DNA from: an uncultured Phycisphaerales bacterium
Lineage (GTDB): Bacteria; Planctomycetota; Phycisphaerae; Phycisphaerales; UBA1924
Assembly: GCA_903929885.1 (NCBI GenBank)
Contig: CAIYWI010000074.1
Coordinates: 3,868 to 67,867, forward strand
DNA length: 64,000 nt
Direction: 5' to 3'
The notes below the pieces were generated by a model that was given only the letters and a program-made list of their open reading frames with translations, was not told the origin of the DNA and made no database searches. A program made the position numbers and the translations under genes. Shown here in pieces: positions 1 to 9,700 of the stretch. How positions within the stretch are numbered: position 1 is the stretch's first letter; every line of letters begins with the position of its first letter.

Positions 1-804
1 CGGGCCAATGCGAGCATCCTGGGCGTGCAGGCCGCGGTGCAAACGGCGGCGTATGTCTTCTGGCCCGAGCGGATCGACGGGCAGGCCTCATCCGCCATGG
101 CGGTGGTGCGCGGCATGAGCCGCTTCCAGCGGTTGCGACCCGACGTGTCGTGGGTGATCGGCCGCGGGCGTCGCACGGATCACCAAGCGAACCTGTACGG
201 GCAGCCCTTCCCCGAGCCGCTGGATGCGGAGACGGCACGACGGCACGGCGGCGTGCCGCTCGTGCAGTTCTTGTCATCGTGGGAGTTGCCGCCGGTGCAG
301 CGGACCTTCACGCCCGACGGCATGGCGGTGGACCGGATCGTCGGCGGCCCCGTGGGCTTGCAGGGCTCTCAGTCGTTCTTCCTGGCCGAGACGATGCGGC
401 CGGGTCTGGGTCGCTTGAACGACCCTGCGAATCCGACCTTGCGATTGGTGGTGTCGGCGCGAACGCCGTGCGAACTCTTCGTCTTCGACGCGTTGTTCCA
501 CAAGGACCTGCCGCCCTTGGGCATCCCTTCGGTGGCGACGGCATCGGAACTCGGCGGCGACTCGTTGGGGTACTGCCCACCCAAGGACCGCATCACGCTC
601 AACCTGGGCGCAGAGGTCGATGATCACGGCCTCGGGCTCGACACGCTCCACATCGCCGAGTTGCCCCGGTACACGGAACTGCTCGGTTCGCTCTGCGCGC
701 GGCTCGCCCTCAACCCTGCCGACCTTCGGGCCTTCCGCGTCAAGATCGCCTTCCCGCCGATTCCGTGCGGCGTGCTGATCGAGCGAGACATGAACCCGGC
801 GTGA
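1..804 (+). CDS. hypothetical protein, 5'-truncated by the window edge
   Basis: Frame 1 is open from nt 1; the listed ORF 25..804 begins at an internal GTG. Third codon positions are strongly G/C. I recognise no motif. Confidence 0.5.
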   Translation, partial: RANASILGVQAAVQTAAYVFWPERIDGQASSAMAVVRGMSRFQRLRPDVSWVIGRGRRTDHQANLYGQPFPEPLDAETARRHGGVPLVQFLSSWELPPVQRTFTPDGMAVDRIVGGPVGLQGSQSFFLAETMRPGLGRLNDPANPTLRLVVSARTPCELFVFDALFHKDLPPLGIPSVATASELGGDSLGYCPPKDRITLNLGAEVDDHGLGLDTLHIAELPRYTELLGSLCARLALNPADLRAFRVKIAFPPIPCGVLIERDMNPA

Positions 805-899
805 CCACCGCCGTCGCTCGCGGTGACAAGGCCCTCCCGTTCGCGACTGCGCCGTCGACACCGTCGCCGGCGCAGTCGCGAAGGTCGAGCGTTCGCCCC

Positions 900-2402
900 T
901 CAGCAGCCCCCGGCTTCCCAGAGGATGAAGAAGGTCTGCACGTCACCTCCGTCGACGCCGCCATCGTGATTGACGTCCGCGGCGGGATCGCCGGTCTGCC
1001 AGACAAGGAAGAAGGCCTCGACGTCCGCGCCGTCGACGCCGCCGTCGCCGTTGAAGTCGGCGGGGCAGGAGCCCGTGGATCGGTACGCGCGGACGAGGGT
1101 GCCGGTGCTGGCGACGATCAGGGTGCCATCGGTGCCCAGGACCGGCGCGCCTTGGTTGAGGTTGCCGTCGATGGGCGTCTCCCACCGGAGGGTGAGATCG
1201 GGGTTGAAGGAGTAGAGGCGTCCGCCGTTGAAGCCGCCGGCGGTGCCGTTGGAGAGGTAGATGACGCCGCGTGCGTCGACGGCCATGTGGACCTGCATGT
1301 AGTCGCCGGTGATGGGCGTGGGGTAGGTGGCGATGACCGAACCGGTGGCGGGATCGAGCCGCTGAAGCGTGCCGGAGCCCTCGAAGTCCTGGGTGCCGGT
1401 GAAGGACATGGTGTAGATGGAGCCGTCGGGGCCGACGCCCCAGCGTGAGAACTCACCGCCGCCGGAGGAAGTGCGCCAGTTCTGGGTGATGGCCGAGCCC
1501 GTGTCGGTGAAGGAGTAGAGGAAGTCTCTGGCGACGTCGAAGTTCTGGGTGAAGGGAAGATAGAGGCGGCCATCGGTGCCGATGTAGAGCCCGTTGTGGA
1601 GGAAGCCGCCGGAGAGCGGCGCGGACTGGTACATGGGCGTGCCGGTGGTGGCGTTGATCTTGCGGACGACGATGCGAAGTCCGGACGCGCTGTCGACGGT
1701 GTAGACGGCGTCGCCTTCGATCACCGCGCCGGTGGTGTTGCCCACCTGCTCGACGCGGGCGGTGCGCCAGAGGAGTTGGCCGGTCACGGCGTCGATGCGT
1801 TCGATCCAACTCCGCGAGGGCACGATGATGTCGCCGTCATCGGCGAAGACCGCGCCGGCATAGGGGCCGGCGCGGATCTCGTAGCGGGGCACGCTCGTGC
1901 CACCGGCCGTGTGCCACATCACGGCGCCGGTCGCCGCGTCGAGGCAGTAGAGCGGGGCGCTGACACTGCCGCCGTTGCCCGAGCGGCTGGCGAAGAGTCG
2001 GCCGTTCTTGACGCCGGCGATCCACGTCGTCCAGTCGCCGTTCTCGAAGGGCAGGTCGGCGGTCCAGAGCACCGCGCCGGTGTCGAGGTCCATCGCGTAG
2101 ATCGTCGCGTCATCGGGCGGCGGATCGTTCTGTGGGAAGGCGGTCTGACGGACCATGAAGACGCGGCGGCCCTCGATGACGGGGTTCCACGCGATGTAAC
2201 TGAAGGGGCCGCCCTCCCAGAGCAGATCGGAGGCGCCGATGCCGTCGGGTCCGTTGACGTTCACCAGTCCGTTCATGCGGCCGTTGCCGCCGAGGTTCGA
2301 CCAGTCCTGCGCCTGTCCACCGGCGTGTCCGGCCGCGATCGCGACCGAGGCGAGGAACCAGACGACCGACACGGACCGACGCACCTGCAGACTCGACTTC
2401 AT
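900..2402 (-). CDS. secreted PQQ-like beta-propeller repeat protein with double GC-type dockerin-like C-terminal module
   Basis: Part of ORF 900..2459. The ATG at 2402 gives signal peptide MKSSLQVRRSVSVVWFLASVAIAAGHAGGQA. Blade motif D..TG...W recurs (YAMDLDTGAVLW, YCLDAATGAVMW, IDAVTGQLLW, INATTGTPMY, LDPATGSVI). C-terminus is CPADFNGDGGVDGADVEAFFLVWQTGDPAADVNHDGGVDGGDVQTFFILWEAGGC-stop. Confidence 0.85.
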   Translation of the reverse strand: MKSSLQVRRSVSVVWFLASVAIAAGHAGGQAQDWSNLGGNGRMNGLVNVNGPDGIGASDLLWEGGPFSYIAWNPVIEGRRVFMVRQTAFPQNDPPPDDATIYAMDLDTGAVLWTADLPFENGDWTTWIAGVKNGRLFASRSGNGGSVSAPLYCLDAATGAVMWHTAGGTSVPRYEIRAGPYAGAVFADDGDIIVPSRSWIERIDAVTGQLLWRTARVEQVGNTTGAVIEGDAVYTVDSASGLRIVVRKINATTGTPMYQSAPLSGGFLHNGLYIGTDGRLYLPFTQNFDVARDFLYSFTDTGSAITQNWRTSSGGGEFSRWGVGPDGSIYTMSFTGTQDFEGSGTLQRLDPATGSVIATYPTPITGDYMQVHMAVDARGVIYLSNGTAGGFNGGRLYSFNPDLTLRWETPIDGNLNQGAPVLGTDGTLIVASTGTLVRAYRSTGSCPADFNGDGGVDGADVEAFFLVWQTGDPAADVNHDGGVDGGDVQTFFILWEAGGC

Positions 2403-2656
2403 GACTGGACTCCGTTGGTTGAGCGATCCGCGTTCGACGGGCCCGTCGCCTCGTCGCACACCTCGCCCAACACGTGGTAGCGTCCCCGTCCGACGACGGT
2501 TGCACCCAGCCGCTCATTCGAGTCCGCGACGTCGTGATCGTCGCCCTCGCGGATTCGCGATCGACCATCTCGTGCGTCATTTATCAGACAACCGCCCAAG
2601 CGATCTCCGCGTTGCCGGTCGTTGCCGGCACGGAGGAGTGCCGCACCGACGGAGCC

Positions 2657-3433
2657 TCAACAACCACCGGCTTGCCACAGCGCGAAGAAGGCTTCGGTGT
2701 CGGCGCCATCGACGCCGCCATCGGCGTTGACGTCGGCGTCGGCGTCGCCCGACTCCCACGCGGCGAAGAAGGCCCCGACGTCACTGCCGTCGACCCCGCC
2801 GTCCTCGTTGAAGTCGGCCTTGCAGGCGGGGACGACCTCGACGCGGAAGTTGTCGAAGTCGGTGATGGACGCGAACGCGCCGCCGGGCGTTTCGCTGCTG
2901 GTGAAGAAGCCGAAGCGGATGGGTTGGCCTTGGGCGGAAAACTCGGGGATGCCGGGTTGGCCGTCGACGCGGGAGAACTCGTCGCCGCGGACGGAGAGCA
3001 CCTCGAGGCGGACCCAGGAACCCGAGTTGCCCATGTACCGCATGCCCGTGCGGTAGACGACCTGTCCCTGCTTGATGGCAAGCGTCACGCCTTCGCCGAT
3101 GCCCAGACCGTCGATGTGGCGCACGTCCACCCACATCGAGACCGAGCCGATGGCGCCTTGCGTGCCGGGTTCGTAGCGGGTGGCGTTGGTGTTGCCGAAG
3201 CGGTGGAAGCCGTTGACGGTGGAACCAGCCCGTGCGTTGACCGCGCTGGTCACCCTGCGGGCGTTGCCGGGGTTTCCGGTGGGCGACGTGACGGCCGACA
3301 CGCTGCCGCCATCACCCGACACGGACGGCTCGATCACCCAAGTTCCGGAGGCGAACTCGCCGTCCTGATACACCACCTGTCCGCACGCGACCGAACACGT
3401 CGCCGCGATCGATGCCAGCATCACGCTCCTCAT
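2657..3433 (-). CDS. secreted protein, unknown beta-rich domain plus double GC-type dockerin-like C-terminal module
   Basis: C-terminal 258 aa of the artefactually long ORF 2657..4402. ATG at 3433 (MRSVMLASIAATCSVACGQ is a signal peptide). Ends CKADFNEDGGVDGSDVGAFFAAWESGDADADVNADGGVDGADTEAFFALWQAGGC-stop. Confidence 0.8.
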   Translation of the reverse strand: MRSVMLASIAATCSVACGQVVYQDGEFASGTWVIEPSVSGDGGSVSAVTSPTGNPGNARRVTSAVNARAGSTVNGFHRFGNTNATRYEPGTQGAIGSVSMWVDVRHIDGLGIGEGVTLAIKQGQVVYRTGMRYMGNSGSWVRLEVLSVRGDEFSRVDGQPGIPEFSAQGQPIRFGFFTSSETPGGAFASITDFDNFRVEVVPACKADFNEDGGVDGSDVGAFFAAWESGDADADVNADGGVDGADTEAFFALWQAGGC

Positions 3434-3518
3434 GACGACTCCTCCCGCGTCCGACATACCGAACACGACCGAATGATAGCTGTAGGTCGACCGAAACCCG
3501 ACACGGCTTGGGCCCGGG

Positions 3519-4487
3519 TCAGGTCCCAGAACCCTTCTTCGGTTCCTGCAATGCGTCCTGGTCCGGCATGGACCGCCCTTCGCCCTCGGCGGGCGGGGGA
3601 CCCGCAGCCGCCGCGGGACGCTGCGCGCCAAGATACGTGAAGGCGAACTCGGCGATGCAATCGGCGGCATCTCGGGCCGTCTTCTCGAGCGACTCGACTC
3701 GCATCCTTCCGAACTCGAGTTGGATGGCATTGACGCCGTCGTCGCGAGCGGCCCCGTATCGCTCGGTGATCCAGCCGCCGGCGAAGAACCGCTCGCGTCG
3801 CGGGGTCTCGGGCAGGGGTTCACCCTCCTGGGCTTGCGATCGCAAGGGCGGTTCAACGACATATCCCTTGGCGGCGAGCAGCCCGAAGAGGCTGCGAGGG
3901 CCGTCGATGACGTCGTGCCCGTGCTCGGCGACCACGTGGGCCATCGACGAGCCCTGCCTCGTGCCTCGGACGATGGCCTCGGGCATTCGGGCCTGACCGT
4001 GCACGTCGACGAGCAGGACACGCGTGCCGAAGGTCGCCTTCGACTCGTCGACGCACGCGCGGAGGGCGGCGTGATAGGCGTCGTAGCAGACCTTGGCGGC
4101 CGGGCTTGCATAGGCCTCGTCGTCGGCGCCGGGCTCGGGCGCCCGGTTGGCATCGGCATCCCTGCGAGAAAAGTGCGCCACCACCAGCGATGGCCGACGT
4201 CCCAGTCGTTCGGTGAGCCGCTGCGAGATGAGCAGGGCGAGTTGCGCGGTGTTGGTGTCGAGCACCTTGACGCCCTTGGCACGCTCCGTCGCGCCGGGAA
4301 TGCGGACGCGTCCCCCGTGAGGCGCAGAGATGATGACGGGGGCCTCGCCGATCTGGGCCGTGATGAGCGATCCTGCGGGCGCGAGATCTGGGCGACGGTC
4401 ATCCGCGGGGACGTGCGTTGCGAGACACAGCGTCAGCAACCACGCGGCCCGCAGGCGACGCATCAGCGAGAGAGTGACCATCGGCAT
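3519..4487 (-). CDS. N-formylglutamate amidohydrolase family protein with N-terminal signal peptide
   Basis: C-terminal 322 aa of ORF 3519..4913, ATG at 4487 (MPMVTLSLMRRLRAAWLLTLCLATHVPA). FGase-like blocks: VIISAPHGG, DTNT, RRDADANR, LLVDVHGQ, AIQLE. Confidence 0.7.
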   Translation of the reverse strand: MPMVTLSLMRRLRAAWLLTLCLATHVPADDRRPDLAPAGSLITAQIGEAPVIISAPHGGRVRIPGATERAKGVKVLDTNTAQLALLISQRLTERLGRRPSLVVAHFSRRDADANRAPEPGADDEAYASPAAKVCYDAYHAALRACVDESKATFGTRVLLVDVHGQARMPEAIVRGTRQGSSMAHVVAEHGHDVIDGPRSLFGLLAAKGYVVEPPLRSQAQEGEPLPETPRRERFFAGGWITERYGAARDDGVNAIQLEFGRMRVESLEKTARDAADCIAEFAFTYLGAQRPAAAAGPPPAEGEGRSMPDQDALQEPKKGSGT

Positions 4488-4498
4488 CGTGACGATCC

Positions 4499-4870
4499 TC
4501 AGGGGCCCGTCTCGTCCTCGCCGGCGTACACCGCGCCCGACGTGGAGGTTTCCCAGAGCTCGATTCTGGCAAGCCCGGGCAATCGTCCTCGCAGCCGCTG
4601 CCAGAACCAGCGACAGATGCCCTCGGAGGTCGAGATGCCCATGCCCTCGATGTCGTTGAGGAAGCGGTGGTCGAGTTGGTCCACCAGCGGCCCGCAGGCC
4701 TGCTTGATCTCGTCGAAGTCGATGACCCAGCCCATGACCGGGTCGATGGGGCCGCGGACGTACACGCGAAGGCGGTACGAATGGCCGTGCACGCGCCGAC
4801 ACTTGTGCCCCTCGGGCAGGTGCGACAGCTGGTGGGCCGCCTCGAACCGGAACTCCTTGAAGACCTCCAC
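4499..4870 (-). CDS. queD: 6-carboxy-5,6,7,8-tetrahydropterin synthase
   Basis: 123 aa. [15 protein letters not shown]...[12 protein letters not shown]...VIDFDEIK...ELWETS are typical QueD/PTPS motifs (Cys-His-His metal site, FxAAH). Confidence 0.92.
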   Translation of the reverse strand: MEVFKEFRFEAAHQLSHLPEGHKCRRVHGHSYRLRVYVRGPIDPVMGWVIDFDEIKQACGPLVDQLDHRFLNDIEGMGISTSEGICRWFWQRLRGRLPGLARIELWETSTSGAVYAGEDETGP

Positions 4871-4966
4871 GGCACGCTCCTCGACACGTCGGCCCCGCCG
4901 CCGCCACGATCAAGGGTCAGTATATCATGGGCCCCGCCGCACCAGTGGTCGCGGCGAGCCCTCCGC

Positions 4967-5725
4967 ATGAGCCAGTCACGCCCACTCGCCGACACGACTC
5001 CCGCCGCGACCCCGACGGGGTCCGCCGCGACGGCCGTCGTGCTGCTGTCGGGCGGCCTCGACAGCGCGACGGTGCTGGCAATGGCACGGGCCTCGGGCAT
5101 GACCTGCCACACCCTGGCCTTCGACTACGGTCAGCGTCACCGGCACGAGCTGACGGCCGCGACGCGAGTGGCCGCCGCGATGGGCGCGGCGACGCACCGG
5201 ACGCTGCGGATCGACCTGCGTGACATCGGCGGCTCGGCGCTCACGGCGGAGATCGACGTGCCCAAGCACCGCACGGCGTCGGCGATGAGCGCCGACATTC
5301 CCGTGACGTACGTGCCGAGCCGCAACATCATCTTCCTCTCGATGGCCTCCGCCCTCGCCGAGGTGCTCGATGCCGGCGCGATCTTCCTGGGCGTGAACGC
5401 CATCGACTACTCGGGGTATCCGGACTGCCGGCCCGAGTTCATCGAGGCCTTCCAGCGGGTGCTCCACGTGGGCACCAAGGCGGGCGCGGAGGGAAGGCCG
5501 CTCCGCATCCACGCGCCGATCCTGCACATGACCAAGGCGGAGATCATCCGCGCGGGCACGGCCTTGGGCGTCGACTACGGCCTGACCCACTCGTGCTACG
5601 ACCCCGTCGACTCGGGCGAGGGCGACATCCGCGCGTGCGGCGCGTGCGACTCGTGCCTCCTGCGGCGGGAAGGGTTCGCCGCCGCGGGCGTGCCCGATCC
5701 CACCCGCTACGCGCCGGCAGGCTGA
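4967..5725 (+). CDS. queC: 7-cyano-7-deazaguanine synthase
   Basis: In-frame ATG at 4967 within ORF 4667..5725. [15 protein letters not shown]-loop, DYGQRH, YVPSRN, and a C-terminal CGxCDSC zinc cluster. Confidence 0.92.
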   Translation: MSQSRPLADTTPAATPTGSAATAVVLLSGGLDSATVLAMARASGMTCHTLAFDYGQRHRHELTAATRVAAAMGAATHRTLRIDLRDIGGSALTAEIDVPKHRTASAMSADIPVTYVPSRNIIFLSMASALAEVLDAGAIFLGVNAIDYSGYPDCRPEFIEAFQRVLHVGTKAGAEGRPLRIHAPILHMTKAEIIRAGTALGVDYGLTHSCYDPVDSGEGDIRACGACDSCLLRREGFAAAGVPDPTRYAPAG

Positions 5726-5746
5726 GTCGGTTCGTCACCGCCGTCA

Positions 5747-6727
5747 TCAGGCTCCTTGCCGCCCGACTCGCCACCGATCGATCGCCACGGCGACGATGAT
5801 GACGGGGCCCACGATCATCTCCTGCGCGTAGCTCGGGAGGCCGGCCGCCGCGCAGCGGTTGTCGAGCAAACTCATGAGCACCGCCCCGCAGAGGGTGCCG
5901 ACGATCGACACGCGACCACCCGCCAGCGAGGCCCCGCCGATGACGGCGGCGGCGATCGCCTTGAGTTCGAGGCCCACCTGGACGGTCGGATCGCCCGAGC
6001 CGCCCAGCCGCGTGAACTGGATGACCGCCGCCACGCCGGCGGCAAGACCGGCGAGGGCGTACACGAGCACCTTGACGCGAGCGATGGGCACGCCGCAACG
6101 CGTCGCGGCCTCCTCGTTGCTGCCGATGGCGATGGCGTGCCTGCCCGCGACGGTGCGACGCAGAAAGAACGACCCGAGGACGGCGAGGAAGATGGCGACC
6201 CACGCGGCCGGCGCGACGAGCAACCATGCCGGGCGCGGCTCGAGCGCCACCCACGACGCGAGCCAACCGGGCTTGGAATAGACGGGACTGCTGTCACTGA
6301 CGTACTTGGCGAGCCCGCGGAAGAACCCCAGCGTGCCGAGCGTCACGATGAAGGCGGGCAGGCGGACGATCGCCACCATCGCGCCGTTGCAGGCCCCGCA
6401 CGCGGCGCCCGTGGCGGCGGCCGCGAGGATCGCGAGCAGCGGGCCCGCGGCATCGTCGGCGGCACGAGGCAGCATGACCTTGGCCGCCACGACGGTGCAC
6501 AGGGCGACGCACGAGCCCACCGACAGGTCGAGTCCGCCCATCGCGATGACGAGCGTGGCGCCCAAGGCGGCGATGGCGACGATGCTCGATTGGAGCAGGA
6601 CGGTTCGGACGTCAAGCAGCGAGAAGGACGCGCCGCCACCCAAGAGGGCGAGGATGGCGCCCGCCGCGACGAGCATCGCGGCGTATCGAGGCCAAGCAAG
6701 CCGGTGACCGGATCGTCCGAACGCCAT
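5747..6727 (-). CDS. ABC transporter permease, RbsC/BPD_transp_2-type (no partner ATPase or binding protein nearby)
   Basis: 326 aa, about 9-10 hydrophobic spans. Family-typical blocks: GGLDLSVGS, AFIVTLGTL, AIGSNEEAA, GVP, GGASLAGGR. Confidence 0.8.
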   Translation of the reverse strand: MAFGRSGHRLAWPRYAAMLVAAGAILALLGGGASFSLLDVRTVLLQSSIVAIAALGATLVIAMGGLDLSVGSCVALCTVVAAKVMLPRAADDAAGPLLAILAAAATGAACGACNGAMVAIVRLPAFIVTLGTLGFFRGLAKYVSDSSPVYSKPGWLASWVALEPRPAWLLVAPAAWVAIFLAVLGSFFLRRTVAGRHAIAIGSNEEAATRCGVPIARVKVLVYALAGLAAGVAAVIQFTRLGGSGDPTVQVGLELKAIAAAVIGGASLAGGRVSIVGTLCGAVLMSLLDNRCAAAGLPSYAQEMIVGPVIIVAVAIDRWRVGRQGA

Positions 6728-6767
6728 CAGCGTCGAGAGGGTACGCGAGGGAAGCCAGTCGCCTCGT

Positions 6768-9700
6768 TCAAAGTCCGGAGAGGAGCATCAGGTCGGCTCC
6801 GACGGCCTCGAGCACCGCGTCCTGCACTTCGGGCGAGTCGCCGGGCATGAGCCGCTGCACCGCGGCGCGTCGGATGCGACCGGTCTCGCCGGGGGAGAGC
6901 CCCGCGGCCGCCGCACGGTCGGCGAACGCGCGGACGCCGTCGATGACCTCGAGCGCGAGACGTCGCTCCTCGCCCGTGTCGGTTGTCATCGACTCGAGGT
7001 GGCTGCGGAAGCCCTGGCCGCTGGCGGCTTCGCCGACGGCGGCGACGTAGCCCACCCAAGCCGCGCCAACGGCGCGGGCAAGTCGCTCCGACCGATCGAC
7101 TGGCAGGGGCGATCCGGCGAGCAGCGCGACCTTGGCTTCGGCGGGCGCATCGAACCACAGGGCGCAATACGCGTCGAGCAACGAGGTCAGCGCCGGTCCG
7201 GAGAGGCGTTCGGCCGTCACGCCCAGCGGCATGGCGTCGCGGTCGTCGACCAGCGGCACGTCCTGCACGAAGGTCGACCGCGAGAGGAACTGCACGAGTT
7301 GCGCCCGATCGACGGGCCTGACCTCGAGGCCCGCGGCGGCCAAGGGCAGCGGCGCGGCGAGCGCGGGCGTGACGCGGGGCGACACGGCCGTCATCGAGGC
7401 GTTGGCGCCGATGGAAGCCGGCACAGGCGTGGGCACGGCGGTGGTGATGGTCGTGGAGCTGCGCTGGGCGACGAGATCGAGCGGGAGAAGCCGCGTGTTG
7501 GTGCCCGGGGCGTTGAACATCGCCTGCGTGATGAGTTGGCGACTGCCGTCGGGCGCGACGTGCTGGCCGACGATCTGCCCTTCGAGGCCCGACCCTGCGC
7601 GACCACTGTCGGTGGCGATGGCCGCGGCGCCCGCGGGCGTGGCGTTGCCGCCGCCCGTGATGACGAAGTCGACGCCCGAGCGGGCGACGAAGTCGACGAG
7701 GAACTCGGGGCGGGTGACGTACGCGCCGCCGGACCGCTGGTTGGTGGCCACGGCGTTGACGGCGGGATCCTTGGCGAGGCCGTTGATGGCGACCGATCCT
7801 GCGGTCACCTTGATCGAACCTGTGGCGGAGATGTCGGAGAGGATCGCGGGACGATTGCCGGCGCGGAGGTCGAGCGAGCCGAAGACGGTGAGTTTCTGGC
7901 CCTTGCCCATCGTGAAGCCGCCGGCGGCGAAACTCGGGCCGGTGACGCCGATGACGAATGTGGTCGCGCCGTTGAACATCCCGGCCTGGGGCACGATGCG
8001 GCCCGAGGCGTCGAAACCGTCGCCGACGGCGAAGACCGCCGTCGCGACCGAAGGCGAGGCGGCAAGATCGGAGCCGATCACGAGGCGTCCGAGGGGATTG
8101 GTCGACCCGATGGAACCGGCGAACCGGAAGGGCGTGACCGTCACGTCGCCCGCGGTGCCGCCTCCCGAGGCGATGTCGGTGGCGTCGCCGCTCGACGCGA
8201 TCTTCGCGACGGCGGCGGAGCGGAGGGTGAGGTTGCGGCCGGTGGCGTCGGACGAGTCAATCGCCCCGCGGAAGAAGAGCGTTCCCTGACCGCCGTCGAG
8301 GATGGAGTTGCCGGTGAGCTGGATGGGACCGCCGAAGACCATGCCCCGTTGCGTGGTGATGGCATCGCCGATGAGCGTGGTGCGGTTGCTGTTGGACGCG
8401 TTGACCAGCAACCGGCCCAAGGGCGATGCTGATCCGACCGCGCCGCCGAAGGTCACGGTGCTGGTGGTCGCGAGGGTGAGATTCGCGCCGGCGACGGCTG
8501 CATCGAGCGTGCGGGCGAACGAGAGGGAGGCGGCGTCGAACTGGGTGTCGGCGCCGATCGTGACGGGGTCGAGGAACGACGTCTGGCCGGTGGTGCGGAC
8601 CGAACCGCCATTGACGAGCGTGATGCCTCCGGCGTCGGTCTCGAGGTTGCTCAGGGCGTTGGTGTCGCCCACGGCGCGGGTGAAGGTGGTGGTGCCGGCG
8701 GTGTTGACGATGAGGGAGCGGGCGGTGGCGCCCAACGTGTTGACGCGACCGCCGAAGGTGATCGGCGCGTTCACGGCGGAGATCGTCGCGTTGGCCGCCA
8801 GCGACAAGTCGTCCTGGAAGCTCACGCCCGCCCCGCTGAGCGTGCTCACGATGTTGCCGGAGATCGTCGTCGGCGCCGGCGTGAGCGAATCGAGACGACG
8901 GAAGCGGACGTTCTGGGCCGTGACGCTGGCGACCGAGGCCCCGCCGAAGGCGTCGAAGTCGCCGCCGGCGAGGATGTTGGAGAGCGTGGTCGAGCCGCGG
9001 TAGGTCTGCGAGCCCACGGTGGTGACGTTGGTGAGCGAGATGGCGCCCGCGGTGATCTCGATGGACTCGAGGTTGCTCAGCACGCCGGTATCGCCGGCGA
9101 CGCTGACAGCCGAACCGCCGTTCACGACCAGGCGACGCGTCGAACCGCGGGAGTCGACGCGGGCGGCAAAGGCCACGCCGTTGCCGGCGAGCGTCACGTC
9201 GGCGTCGAGCAGGGCGTTCTCGCCGTAGGACTGCGAACCGGTGGTGGTGACGTTGCCGCCGATGATCACGCTGCCGCCGGCGTCGGTGGTGAGCGAGGCG
9301 AGGGCCAGCGCGCCGGGGACGCCCTCGATCGTGCCGCCCACGGTCCCGCCCAGCCGCGTCTCGCCCGAGACGTTGAGCGTCAGCGATCGAACGGAGGTGT
9401 CGCTGTTGACGCGGCGGTCGAAGGAAACGTCCGAAGCGAAGAGGCGGGTGTTGTCGGCCGTGAGACGCACGTCATCGAGGTAGGTTTGCGCGCCGGTGGT
9501 GCGGATGGTCGCGGGCAGGAACGTGACGCCCGCGGCATTGGTCGTGAGCGACGCCAGGGGCGTGATGCCGCCGACATCGCCGGCGAACACGGTGTTGGCG
9601 GCGGCGCCGCCGGAGTTGACGGTCAGGGCGCGAGATTGGGCGGCGTCGGAATCGACCGTGGAACGGAAGGCGATGCTGCCGCCGGAATCGATGATGGCGT

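Noticed and set aside
2657-4913. Long N-terminal extensions of ORFs 2657..4402 (581 aa) and 3519..4913 (464 aa)
   Set aside because: The upstream parts are Pro/Arg/Ser-rich read-through overlapping neighbouring real genes (the FGase-like gene and queD). Internal ATGs at 3433 and 4487 give proper signal peptides and sensible gene spacing.
4871-4966. preQ1 riboswitch upstream of queC or queD
   Set aside because: The 96-nt divergent region lacks the conserved preQ1-I/II features as I remember them: a short hairpin with an A-rich tail and a CUA/ACCC-type core. Only GC-rich direct repeats are seen.
4499-5725. queC/queD as part of a Dpd-type 7-deazaguanine DNA-modification/restriction island
   Set aside because: No dpdA/TGT-like, helicase, ParB-like or other dpd genes are adjacent. 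The pair looks like ordinary queuosine/preQ0 biosynthesis.
6700-7600. Contact-dependent inhibition (CdiA-CT/CdiI) interpretation of the TpsA C-terminus
   Set aside because: There is no VENN or similar pretoxin motif, no recognisable nuclease or pore-former motif, and no small immunity ORF. The next gene is a 326-aa ABC permease. This is kept only as an open question in the findings.
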